Shown here in pieces: positions 1 to 16,338 of a stretch of 64,000 nucleotides of DNA. This DNA comes from the human T2T-CHM13v2.0 reference genome, Homo sapiens, in the NCBI RefSeq assembly GCF_009914755.1, contig NC_060933.1. One strand, given 5' to 3'. A program made the position numbers and the translations under genes. The stretch's first letter is position 1, and every line of letters begins with the position of its first letter. The notes below the pieces were generated by a model. It saw only the letters and a program-made list of their open reading frames with translations, searched no databases and was not told the origin of the DNA.

Positions 1-299
1 ACCTCTGCCTCCCGAGTTCAAGTGATTCTCCTGCCTCAGCCTCCCAAGTGGCTGGGATTACAGGCATGTACCACGATGCCCGGCTAATTTTTATATTTTT
101 AGTAGAGATGGGGTTTCACCACGTTGGCCAGGCTAGTCTCAAACGCCTGACCTCAGGTGATCCACCCGCAGTGGCCTCCCAAACTGCTGGGATTACAGCA
201 TGAGCCATTGTGCCTGGCCAATATACCTTATTGTTTGGGGAATAATAACAAGAAAGAAACATCTGTGATGGGCATGGTGGCTCATGCCTGTAATCCTAG

Positions 300-1641
300 T
301 GTGTCCAGAATTGGTGGGTTCTTGGTCTCGCTGACTTCAAGAATGAAGCTGTGGACCCTTACCATACATAAAGATGGTATGTCCAGAGTTTGTTCCTTCA
401 GATGTTCAGATGTGTCCGGAGTTTCTTCCTTCTGGTGGGTTCGTGGTCTCACTGACTTCAGGAGTGAAGCTGCAGACCTTTGCAGTGAGTGTTACAGCTC
501 TTAAAGGCAGTGCATCTGGAGTTGTTTTTTCCTTCCCATGGGTTCATGGTCTCGCCAGCCTCAGAAGTGAAGCTGCAGACCTTCGCGGTGAGTATCACAG
601 TTCATAAAGGTGGCCCATAGGGAGTTGTTGGTTCCTCCCGTCCGGAGTTGTTCGTCCCTCCCAGTGGGTTCGTGGTCTCGCTGGCTTCAAGAGCAAAGCT
701 GCAGACCTTCACCGTAAAGTGTTACATCTCATAAAGGCGGCGTGGACCCAAAGAGTTAGCAGCAGCAAGATTTATTGCGAAAGGCCAAAGAACAAACCTT
801 CCACAGCGTGGGAGAAGACCTGAGAGTGTTGCTGCTGCTGGTTAGGGTGGCCTGCTTTTATTCCCTTATTTGGCCCCACCCACATCCTGCTGATTGGTCC
901 ATTTTACAGAGAGCTGATTGGTCCATTTTACAGAGAGCTTATTTGTCCGTTTTGACAGAGTGCTGACTGGTGTGTTTACAATCCTTTAGCTAGACAGAAA
1001 AGTTCTCCAAGTCCCCACCGATTAGCTAGGCACAGAGTGCTGACTGGTGCATTTACAAACCTTTAGCTAGACGCAGAGTGCTGACTGGTGCATTTACAAA
1101 CCTTTAGCTAGACAGAAAAGTTCTCCAAGTCCCCACCCGATTAGCTAGGCACAGAGCGCTCATTGGTGCATTTACAATCCTTTAGCTAGACAGAAAAGTT
1201 CTCCAAGTCCCCACCCGATTAGCTAGGCACACAGTGCTGATTGGTGATTTACAAACCTTTAGCTAGACACAGAGTGCTGATTGGTGCGTTTACAAACCTT
1301 TAGCTAGACAGAAAAGTTCTCCAAGTCCCCACCCAATTAGCTAGACACAGAGGGCTCATTGGTGCATTTACAAACCTTTAGCTAGACAGAAAAGTTCTCC
1401 AAGTCCCCACCCGATTAGCTAGGCACACAGTGCTGATTGGTGATTTACAAACCTTTAGCTAGACACAGAGTGCTGATTGGTGCGTTTACAAACCTTTAGC
1501 TAGACAGAAAAGTTCTCCAAGTCCCCACCCAATTAGCTAGACACAGAGCGCTCATTGGTGCATTTACAAACCTTTAGCTAGACAGAAAAGTTCTCCAAGT
1601 CCCCACCGGACCCAGAAGCCCAGCCAGCTTCACCTCAGACA
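300..1641 (-). mobile_element. LTR12-family (ERV9) solo LTR inserted into an Alu left arm
   Basis: Starts tgtgtccagaattggtgggttcttggtctcgctgacttcaagaatgaagc and ends cagcttcacctcagaca; 4-bp TSD ctag/ccag. The host Alu starts at about 269 and resumes at 1642. Confidence 0.92.
888..1606. repeat. LTR12 internal tandem array (short ~40-bp and long ~72-bp units with CCAAT boxes)
   Basis: Repeated gctgattggtgcatttacaaacctttagctagaca(gaaaagttctccaagtccccacccgattagctag) units. Confidence 0.93.
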
Positions 1642-1733
1642 CCAGCACTTTGGGAGGCCGATGCAGGTGGATCACCTGAGGTCGGGGGGTTCAAGACCAG
1701 CCTGACCAACATGGAGAAACCCCGTCTCTACTA

Positions 1734-1895
<162 letters not shown>

Positions 1896-2159
1896 TCAAA
1901 ACAAAAACAAAAACAAAAACAAAAATTCCATCTGTACAATATGTACAGACGGTTTTTTGTTTTGAATATTTTCTATCTGTGCTTTGTTGAATCCATGGAT
2001 GCAGAACCCATAGATACGGAGGGCTGACTCTACTAACAAATTATAAGCACATTCACATGTATTAAAAAAAAATACAATCATAGCACGTCTTCTGTTTCGT
2101 AGCCTGCTTTTCCACTTATATCACGGCCCTCTTTTTATTTCTTTTTTTTTTTTTGAGAG

Positions 2160-2597
2160 GGCCATGGTGGTTTGCTGTACCTATCAACTCATCAGCTAGG
2201 TTTAAGCCCTACATGCATTAGGTATTTGTCCTAATGCTCTCCCTCCCCTTGTTCCCCAGTCCCCGACAGGCCCCTGTGTCTGATGTTCCCCTCCCTGTGT
2301 CCATGTGTTCTCATTGTTCGACTTCCACTTATGAGTGAGAACATGCGGTGTTTGGTTCTCTGTTTCTGTGTTAGTTTGCTGAGAATGATGGCTTCCAGCT
2401 TCATCCATGTCCCTGCAAAGGACATGAACTCATTCTTTCTAATGGCTGCATGGAATTCCATGGTGTATATGTGCCATATTTTCTTTATCCAGTCTATCAT
2501 TGGTGGGCAATGATACATATATATACCTATGTAACAAACCTGCATGTTCTGCACATATATTCCAGAACTTAAAGTAAAATAAAAATTTTAAAAAAAT
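2160..2597 (+). mobile_element. Short 5'-inverted L1P 3' end (twin-priming structure)
   Basis: About 2161-2510 is antisense L1 3'UTR. About 2515-2597 is the sense L1 terminus (tacctatgtaacaaacctgcatgttctgcac...aacttaaagta) plus an A-rich tail. The two parts are contiguous in the L1 consensus. Confidence 0.8.
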
Positions 2598-2610
2598 TAG
2601 CCAAGCATAG

Positions 2611-2981
<371 letters not shown>

Positions 2982-3159
2982 TAAATGAGGATTTATACCT
3001 ATGGGTAATTTCTGTTACCCCAGAAAAAACATTTATTTTACATTTTAGCCATGAAGTACTTATGTCTTTCTGGAAAAGCAGTGATTTGTTAGAACTGATT
3101 TCCTTACCAAGTCTTCCAACAGAATAGGTGAGATTATAACAGTGATCATAATATAACTG

Positions 3160-3965
3160 TTTTTTAAGTCAAGTTCTTTGAAGTATTATTTATATTCAGT
3201 AAAACTACCATTTTTAGTATATAAATTTATGAGTTTTGATTAATACATACAGTCATGTAACAGTAATCAAGATATAGAACACTTACACCACCCAAAAAAT
3301 TCCCTCATGGTCCTTTGGTGGCAATCCCACCCCTACTCCAGCCTCTGGCAACCACTGATCTACTTTCTATCTCTATACTTTTGGCTCTCCCAAAATTCTA
3401 TTTAAATACACTCATGCAGGCTGGGCATGGTGGCTCATGCCTGTAATCCCAGCACTTTGGGAGGCCGAGCCGAGTGGATCATTTGAGGTCAGGAGTTTGA
3501 CACCAACCTGGCCAACATGGTGAAACCCCATCTCTACTAAAAATACAAATGTTAGCCAGTCATGGTGTACACACCTGTAATCCCAGCTACTCGGGAGGCT
3601 GAGGCAGGAGAATTGCTTGAAACCAGGAGGTGGATGTTGCAGGAGCTGAGATCACAACACTGCACTCCAGCCTAGGTGACAGAGTGAGACTCCATCTAAA
3701 AAATAATAATAATAAATACACTCATGCAGATTTATTTCATTCATTATGCAGGCTTATTTTATTCAGCATGATGCTTTTGAGTTTGATCCAAGTAGTGGTG
3801 AATACCAATAGCCTGCCCATTCCTTTTTATCACTGAGTAGTATTCCATCACATGGAAGAACCACAATTTGTTCCTCCATTGAAGGACATGTAGATTGTGT
3901 TTCCATCTTGGGTGATTATAAATAAAGCTGGTGTAAACATTAACGTACACATCTTTATGTGACTA
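3160..3965 (-). mobile_element. Old L1M (MB/MC-like) 3' fragment interrupted by an Alu
   Basis: Typical antisense L1M 3'UTR motifs (cctctggcaaccactgatcta; gtagtattccatc). Confidence 0.7.
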
Positions 3966-3968
3966 TAA

Positions 3969-4184
<216 letters not shown>

Positions 4185-4600
4185 TGAGATGGAGTCTCGC
4201 TCTGACGCCAGGCTGGAGTGCAGTGGTGCGATCTCAGCTCACTGCAACCTCACCTCCCAGGTTCAAGTGATTCTCCTGCCTGAGTCTGTCAAGTGGCCAG
4301 GACTACAGGCACACACCACCATACCTGGTTAATTTTTGAATTTTTAGTAGAGATGGGGTTTCACCATATTGGCCAGGCTGGTCTCAAACTCCTGACCTCG
4401 TGATCTGCCCACCATGGCCTCCCAAAGCTGTGGGATTACAGGCGTGAGCCACCATGCCTGGTATAATTTTTGTATTTTTAGTAAAGACGGGGTTTCCCCA
4501 TGTTGGTCAGGCTGGTCTTGGACTCCTGACCTCAGGTGATCTGCCCGCCTCAGCCTCTGAAAGTGCTAGTGTTACAGGCATTAGCCACCATGCTCGGCCA

Positions 4601-4811
4601 AGATCTGATAGTTTTATAAAGGGCAGTCCCTTGCACAGATTCTTTTACCTGCTGCTATGTGGGACATGCCTTTGTCCCTCCTTTGCCTTCTGCCATGATT
4701 GTGAGTCCTCCCCAGCCATGTGGAACTGTGAGTCCATTGAACCTCTTTTTCTTTGTAAATTGTCCAGTCTTGGGTATGTCTTTATTAGCAGCATGAGAAT
4801 GGACTAATACA
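4601..4811 (+). mobile_element. THE1-type MaLR LTR, 3' part
   Basis: ccatgattgtgagtcctccccagccatgtggaactgtgagtcc...gagaatggactaataca terminus. Confidence 0.85.
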
Positions 4812-5128
4812 GAGTTGATGCAGTTTTGAGTCCAAAATCTACCAAGGAGGCCAGGAGCCTGAAAGGTCAGGCAAGGTTTCTGTGTTGCAGTCTTGAGGCA
4901 GAACTGCTTCTTATTTGGGGAACCTTAGCTTTTGCTCTCAAGGTCTTCCAGTGATTGGATGAGGCCCACCCATCATTAGGTGAGATCATCAGCTTTACTC
5001 AAAATCTACTGATCGTAAATGTTAATCACATCTTTAAAATATCTTCATAGCAACATCTATACTGATGCTTGACCAAAAAACTGGGTACTATAACCTAGTG
5101 AAATTGACATATAAAATTAACCATCACA
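4812..5128 (-). mobile_element. MLT2 (ERVL) LTR fragment
   Basis: gattggatgaggcccaccc...aattgacatataaaattaaccatcaca terminus. Confidence 0.75.
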
Positions 5129-5631
5129 TATGGGCCAGGCACAGTGGGCTCACACTTGTAATCCCAGCATTTTGGGAGACTGAGAGGGGAGGATGGCTTG
5201 AGGTCAGGAGTTCAAGACTAGGCAACATAGTAAGACTCCATAGATACAAAAAAAAAAAAAATTAATCAGCTGGACATGGTGGGATGCATCTGTAGTCCCA
5301 GTTATTTGGGAGACTGAGGTTGGAGGATCTCTCAAGCCTGGGAGGTTGAGGCTGCCCTGAGTCATGCTCACACCACCACATTCTAGCCTGGGTGATAGCA
5401 CAACCCTGTCTCAAAAAAATAAAAATTAAATTAGATCAAATTAACCATCACATATGGTAAGTGTGTTTAACTGCCAAATTGTTTTCCAAAGCAGCTGTCC
5501 CCTTTTCATTCTCACCTCCAATGTATGAGTGTTCATGTGAGTGATTACTTATAAACATTCTTGTAGCCAAAACTCTTAGAGTATACATTCAATTTGCTAT
5601 AGCATTGGGATATTTAAAAAAAGTCAATCTT

Positions 5632-6156
5632 GCTGTACAAAAGGGAAAATAATTTTCTCTCTATCCTTTGTAGTTCTTGGTTGGGACAGAGTGACAGACA
5701 TCTGTAGCCAAAGACAGATTAACAAACAGGTTTATTAACATGTGTACATAGGAGATATCTGTTGAAATTGGTAAATCTCAAAGAGATGGCTTTAAATTTA
5801 GTCTTAAATACCATCGTGTGCTGAAACGAGAAAGAATGATATTGGGAAGGCTGGTTATGTGGAGATGCTCAGGAAAAACAAGGGTAAGGTTTGTTATGCA
5901 GATTTCAGCCAGTGCCTTCTCCATTTATACACATCTTAGTGACTTTGTCATCCATCTCTTTCTGGTACAGAGAAGGAGGCACTCTTACAAATGGAGATTC
6001 CCTTTATAGATATAAATTTCTCTTACAAAACGATAACTTCTAGTACTCTGTTTTCAGAATTTCTCCTGTGTCTGCAGTTTCTCAAAATAATCAGCTCAAA
6101 ATAATCCTTATGCCAAAAAACCATTATTTTGGAGCAGCATATTCTGGTCCTCAGCA
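5632..6156 (-). mobile_element. MER34-like ERV1 LTR
   Basis: Reverse strand begins tgctgaggaccagaatatgc...ggcataaggattattttgagctgattattttgagaaactgcagacacaggag. Confidence 0.75.
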
Positions 6157-6199
6157 CTGCCATCAGAAATTTGTTTGTAAACAAACATCCAGTATGAGT

Positions 6200-7496
6200 G
6201 TTTTGACTTTTAAGTGTTGACCTTAGGAGGAAGTACATTTATTGTAATGTAGCTTAAAAAGGGTAAGTAAGCTGTTTAATGTTACATCACTAATAAACTG
6301 GCTTACTAGCTAATATGTCTCATCCTTCAAAGGCTGGCAAGTATTTTAAAATCTAACCTACCTTACGCATGCCCTCAGCAGAAACCAATATCTTAATTAG
6401 AAACAACAAATCAAAAAACCTAAATGGTGTTAAAGAGCACCCGCTTCCCAGACATTTGTTCTTAATTTCCTCCCCAGTAGGAGACGTTAGCTCTTATTAT
6501 TTTAAATTTGCTTTTATTTTTTTAAGAGATAGAAGTCACAGCTCAAGAAGAGAGAGAAAATTTGCCTTCCTCAATCCTTTTGTATGTTTGCTTTTAATGA
6601 AAAGTGAGGGGTTTATGTAAATCGGCTGTGACTCCTCAGGTACAAGTAGAGGCTAAGAATAGCTACTCCTGTTCTTCAGTAGAAAGATGCTTAGCTCCAT
6701 CTACACTCAGCTGGTCATCTCGTTACCATGGTAACACCATCCCTCCTCCTCACTCTCGGGAGCTTTGCCTGCCTCTGCTGATGGAAGGGCATTGCCACAT
6801 TTGCATCAGAAATTAAATAATACTTTCCAGGACAGATCGTACACAAGGGCTGGGGTCACAGGGATCACCAGTATGGCCTTGATAGAGGTGAGCAGAATTA
6901 GTCCAATGGTTACAGTATTTCTCTTCAGCATCATTTCCCAAAAAAGAATGGAAAATTGATGACTCAGAACTTAGTAAGCTTGTTGATTAGCAGGGTACCA
7001 AGTGGGAGTATTCTCTCCAAAGTAACAACAAAGAGCGGGAGCTTTCGGCAGCAAGCCTGCCAGGTTTTCAGGACTGTTTCCCGCTGTGCCCCTCAGTGCA
7101 TGGCCCCACACTGCCTCAGAAACCTTCTTACATTGTAGGCAGCTGCTTGTTCGGGATCTGTCTCTCTCTCTCTCTCTCTCTGGAGCCCACCTCTATCTTC
7201 TGCCTTCATTCTCGTCTGTTGGCCTGCATTTCTTCTTAGGCTTGTTTTACAGTGACTGCTTGCCCAGTGATCAGTTCGTCCTGCTGGTGGACTTTGCCCC
7301 AGGATCCTTCCCCTACCCCGACCCTATCACCGGAGGTGGTTGCTGCGGTGTCTGGGAAAGGAGTCCTGCCAATTCCTCTTCCTGGCACTGGTTCTCCTGG
7401 TTTCTCCCTTCCTCTTGTCCTCTTCCTCGTTCCCTACTCCCACACTTCCTTTTTCTTTCTCTCTCCTGTTTTTCCTTTGCTTCTCCTCTTCTCAAC
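6200..7496 (-). pseudogene. Candidate decayed terminal exon of an unidentified gene (speculative)
   Basis: Not recognisable as a repeat; retains CpGs; purine-rich on the minus strand. Acceptor-like ttttag|G at 7497/7496; charged protein-like frame with several stops; AATAAA on the minus strand at 6238-6243. No homologue recognised. Confidence 0.25.
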
Positions 7497-7553
7497 CTAA
7501 AATTTAGCACCCTCCAAAACACAGCCACACATATTTCACCCTACTGGTGACAC

Positions 7554-9740
<2,187 letters not shown>

Positions 9741-9743
9741 TTA

Positions 9744-10022
<279 letters not shown>

Positions 10023-10064
10023 TCAAAAATAAAAAAGAGAAGACTTAAATTAGAACTACTGAAA

Positions 10065-12718
10065 AATCGTGGATAGGAGACAGGACTAACATGCAGCTCC
10101 TGCTTGGACAGACAGAACAGTGTCTGGAGACTCACATTGTGAACTTTTGCTTCAAGAACCACTGCAGGAACATACCAGGAAAACCAAAAGAATTCAAAGA
10201 CCCTTTGAAAGAAGTGGCTTGCCGTTGCAAACACCACAAGACAGCCAAAAAACTGTGAGTTCCCAAAGTGTGAGAGGAGGAAAAGAAAGCCTCCAAACAC
10301 ACATCTTCACTGGGGAAACTGAAAATCCAGGTCACAGGAGAAGGATTTAACCTTACCTACAGCTGAAACAGATTTAGGGAGCTGAGTGAAATATAAAAGC
10401 AGAAGAAGCAGTGGGAAGAGCCCTGTAGGCACTCCCAGTCTCCAGCTCAAGCCTAGTGAAGCCATTCCTGGCTTTATCTCACAGAGGTCTTTGGGGAAGT
10501 GAAGACAGCCAGTGGAACTGGGGAGGAGCCACAGAGAGAAGAAAGCTCCTAGCTGAACTTTGTAATAATTTTGACTGAGCACTAATTTTTCTGAACAGAA
10601 TCAGGTGGGGCAAATGGGGAAGTGCCGATACAAGCGCAGAAGCCACAGCCTACAGTGCAGGCAGGTGGGAAGGGGTGAAGCCTGAGAGCCCTGTTTGCTT
10701 TCTCAATAGGGAGGCTTGTACCCTGGGGCAAGATCTCACCCCTGCATGCGGGCTGCTTGGATATAAACTCAGTGCGGTTGGTGGGAGCATGGTGGGAGTG
10801 AGACTGGCCCTGCTGGCTGCATGGGAGCTAGGTAAGGCCTGTCACTGCTGGCTTTCCCCCACTTACCTGGCAACCTGTATGATGCAGCAGAGGTGGCCAT
10901 AATCCCCTGGGAACATAACTCCATTGCTCTGAGAACCACTCCCCTACCCCCAACAGTGGCCATAGCAAGCCCCACCCATGGGGAGTCTGATCTCAGACTC
11001 ACCCAACCCTGCCCCCACCTGATGGTTTTTGTCTACCCACCCTGGTAGCCGAAGACAAAAGACATAAACTCTTGGGAGCTCAATGGCCCCACCCATCGCT
11101 TGAGAAACCTGAGAACTTATCCTGGCCAATATAGAACTAGCCTATATCTCCCTTCTACTATCACAGCTGGTGCTCTCTTAAAAGTGCCACCTCCTGGTTG
11201 GAGGCCATCAACTCAAGCCATCACAGTAACACATAACAGAACGACCCGGCTCTAAAGGAGAAAACAACAGCTAATTCCACTGCCTGCAACACCCTAGCTA
11301 ACCAGAGGTCCTGAGTCTGTCCACGTGACAACTTCACTGCTAGTATAATCACTATTCAAGAAAACCAGCACACTAAACAAAACTACAACCAAGGACTCGC
11401 AGAGTCCACTTCACTCCCCTTTCTTTCTTTTTTTTTTTTTTTGAGACAGAGTGTCACTCTGTCACCCAGCCTGGAGCACAGTGATGCAATCTCGGCTTGC
11501 TGCAACCTCCGCCTCCCAGGTTCAAGTGGTTCTCCTGCCTCAGCCTCCTGAGTAGCTGGGATTACAGGCACGTGCCACAATGCCCAGCTAATTTTTTTAT
11601 TTTTAGTAGAGATGGGGTTTCACCATGTTGGTCAGGCTGGTCTTGAACTCCTGACCTTGTGATCTGCCCACCTCAGCCTCCCAAAGTGCTGGGATTACAG
11701 TCACGAGCCACCATGCCTGGCCATCCACTCCCCTTTCATCTCCACTGGAGCAGGTGCTGGCAGCCATGGCTCAGGGAACTAGAGATGGATCACATTACAG
11801 GACTCTTTGCAGACCTTCCCCAGCACCAGCCTGGAGCCTGGAGCTGAGTGGCTAGACCCAGAAGAGCAATAACAATCACTGCAGTCTGGCTCGCAGGACC
11901 CCATCCCTAGGGAAAGAGGGAGTGCACCACATCAAGAGATCAAGAGCGACAAGAGCGAAACTCTGTTTCAGAAAAAAAAAAAAAAAGAACAGAGCCTCCA
12001 AGAAATTTGGGATTATGTTAAATGACCAAACACATGAATAACTGGTGTTGCTGGGAAAGAAGAGAAATCTAAAAGTTTGGAAAACTTATTTGAGGGAATA
12101 ATTGAGGAAAATTGCCTGGTCTCACTAGAGATCTAGACATCCAAATACAAGAAACTCAAAGAACATCCGAGAAATTCAGTGCAAAAAGATCATCACCTAG
12201 GCACATAGTCATCAGGTTATCTAAAGTCAAGAGGAAGGAAAGACTCTTAAGAGCTATGAGACAAAAGCATCAGATAACCTATAAAGGAAAACCTATCAGA
12301 TTAACAGCAGATTTCTCAGCAGAAACCCTGCAAGCCAGAAGAGATTGTGGTCCTATCTTTGGCTTCCTCAAACAAAATACTTACCAGGCAAGAATTTTGT
12401 ATCCAGCAAAACTAAGCTGCATAAATGAAGGAGATATAATTTTTTTCAGACAAACAAATGCTGACAGAATTCGCCACTACCAAGCCAGCACTACAAGAAA
12501 TGCTAAAAGACGTTCTAAATCTTGAAACAAAACCTTGAAATACACCAAAATAAACCTCCTTAAAGCATAAATCTCACAGGACCTATAAAACAATAACACA
12601 ATGAAAAAAAAACAACAAGGTATTTAGGCAACAATTAGCATGATGAATAGAACAGTACCTTACATCTCAATACAAATGTTGTATATAAATGGCCTAAATG
12701 CTTCACTTAAAAGATACC
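10065..12718 (+). mobile_element. L1PBa-type 5'UTR + partial ORF1 + ORF2 start (degenerate)
   Basis: The ORF at 12112 translates to the L1 ORF1p C-terminus (DIQIQETQRT...SSPRHIVIRLSKV...YKGKPIRLTADFSAETLQARR); ORF2 start region near 12640; L1PBa-like 5'UTR. Confidence 0.85.
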
Positions 12719-12738
12719 AGGCCAGGCATGGCGGCTCA

Positions 12739-13208
<470 letters not shown>

Positions 13209-13720
13209 TCATGCCACTGCTAATGACACCTTTGAGAGATCTCTAAGCTGATCTCAAAGGTGCTATCACCCAAACCTAAACCTGATGCCAGAGCAGGCTG
13301 ACCTCTGCCTCCATCAGTGCCACAAGCTGCAACCAGGTCCTGAAGGCCCAGTTCTTCACATCCTCAAAGTCTCTCAACAAATCAACTCCTCCAGCTTCAG
13401 GCTCAGCCCAGGCCAGAGATCTGGGCAGGAAGCACACACCATACTCATCTCTGGTCTGTGTCCCTCTCTCTTCTCTGCCCCCAAAACTCCTCTCTTCTTT
13501 AATTACAAGGTAAAGTCGTCTTGTATTCACTTTTCCTTTTCCCTAAATATTTGCAACAGCAGAAGCATTCATGGAAATCACTTACACTTAAATAAAAATA
13601 ATCCAAATAACCTTAAATACCAAATTCCAGACCTCTCCTATAATATTCATGGGAATGCCCAATTGTAAAAAGGGCTAGAATTGCCAATTACTGTACTAAC
13701 TCTGGTGGAAGAGGTATATC

Positions 13721-14207
13721 TGTGAAAAGAAAATGAGATCTCAGGACCCCAAACTCACTATGCCAAAGGAAAAAGTTAAGCTTGAGAACTGAGTCAATGC
13801 GAAAATTGCCTTCCTTTCATTCCCAAACACATAGCTGTAATTTCACATGCTTATTTTGTCTTATGTGAAATGTAGATTTACTGAGCCAAGAGGACTGCAT
13901 AACTGACTCCTCCCCTTTCTCTTCACATGTAAAATGTAGATTCACAGAGTGCTAATCAGAGTTTCACAAGAATATAACCACTTGCCTCATTGCCTACCCC
14001 TCCTTTTTTTTTCACTTTCTTCATCCTCCTGTTTGCTCTTTCCTATTTAAATACTGAAGTTTCCAAAACTCTCTTGGAAAAAAGCACAGGACACAGATCC
14101 TACTGTGACTTGTGTTTCTTGCCCCCTAGCCCCAGGCACATCCTCAACCTTGGCAAAATAAACCTCTGAATTGATTGAGATCTGCCTCGGTCACTTTTTG
14201 GTTTACG
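13721..14207 (+). mobile_element. MER4-group solo LTR (MER4C/MER49-like)
   Basis: tgtgaaaagaaaatgagatctcaggaccccaaactcactatgccaaagg...ggcaaaataaacctc...ttggtttac. Confidence 0.7.
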
Positions 14208-15034
14208 TGTCTATGAGAGCCTGAAAGTGTTTTTGAGCAATTTGAAAGTTCACACTGTCTTCTCTTGCTAAGAACCGATTATATCAGAGCAAGGGTAGAA
14301 AGCATTAAAAGGTTTCTCAGTTGGTTCACCTTTTTTTCCTTGAATTTTGGTCTGTCACTTCACTGATCTTGTTATTTTCCAGCTGGATTCTTTCCATCTT
14401 AAGAAATCTCTTTTCTTGGCTGGAGAGAAACACACACTAGAAGGTTCACAGTAGCTCTCTCATGGAGGAGGAATTTGGAATTGTTACTTCTTCTTTATAT
14501 GTTCCTGTAATTTCCAAAGTTTTTATGATGAGACACACGAAGTGCTGAAAATAGAAAAATGCTGTTTTTAAAAAGAAGAAAATCTGTTTTCATTTTACAT
14601 TTATCTTTATTAAAACCCAATTCAAATAATTGGACATTTCTATTTTTTCCTTCCTGGATGAAAAAATTAATGTCTAAGCAGCTTGCATTCATTAATACCA
14701 CTAACATGATGATTATTCTCTACCCTCCTTAACACTGAAGAAATTCCCTCCACATTTTGCATCCTAGTTAAGTTAGATTTTTAAAGAAAGTATGAACATA
14801 ACTTCAGCAATCTAAATCATAGAATTAAAAATAAAAATTCTGGCTCACGCCTGTAATCCCAGCACTTTGGGAGGACAAGGTGGGTGGATCACAAGGTCAG
14901 GAGATTGAGACCATCCTGGCCAACATGGTGAAACACCGTCTCTACTAAAAATACAAAAATTAGCTGGGCGTGGTGGCATGTGCCTGTAGTCCTAGCTACT
15001 CAGGAGGCTGAGGCAGGAGAATTGCTTGAACCCG

Positions 15035-15815
<781 letters not shown>

Positions 15816-15888
15816 CCCAGGAGGCAGAGGGTGCAGTGAGCCAACATTGCACCACTGCACTCCAGCCCGGGCAACAGAGCAAGATTCC

Positions 15889-16338
15889 CGTCAACATGCA
15901 TCTGTATGAAGAGACCACCAAACAGACTTTGTGTGAGCAATAAAGCTTTTTAATCACCTGGGTGCAGGTGGGCTGAGTCCAAAAAGAGAGTCAGCAAAGG
16001 GTGGTGGGATTATCATTAGTTCTTACAGGTTTGGGATAGGCGGTGGAGTTAGGAGCAATTTTTTATGGGCAGGGGGTGGATCTCACAACGTACATTCTCA
16101 AGGGCAGGGAGAATATTACAAAGTACCTTCTTAAGGGCCGGGGAATATCACAAAGTACATTATTGCAAGGGCGGGGAGGGTGTATTGTCATAAGGTCAGT
16201 TGATCAGCTAGGGTGGGGCAGGAACATCACAATGGTGGAATGTCATCTTTTATGGTTCTTCAGTTGCTTCAGGCCATCTAGATGTATATGTGCAGGTCAC
16301 AGGGGATATGATAGCTTAGCTTGGGCTGAGGCCTGATA
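15889..16338 (-). mobile_element. LTR7-family (HERV-H) solo LTR
   Basis: tgaagagaccaccaaacagactttgtgtgagcaataaagc...gcttagcttgggctgaggcctgata; 5-bp TSD attcc/actcc. Confidence 0.9.

Noticed and set aside
888-1606. Regular repeat array superficially like a CRISPR
   Set aside because: No unique spacers; it is the internal tandem repeat of LTR12 in a primate genome.
6200-7496. Processed pseudogene of a ribosomal or other common housekeeping gene
   Set aside because: No frame matched a protein I recognise and there is no poly(A) tail or TSD; kept only as an unidentified decayed-exon candidate.
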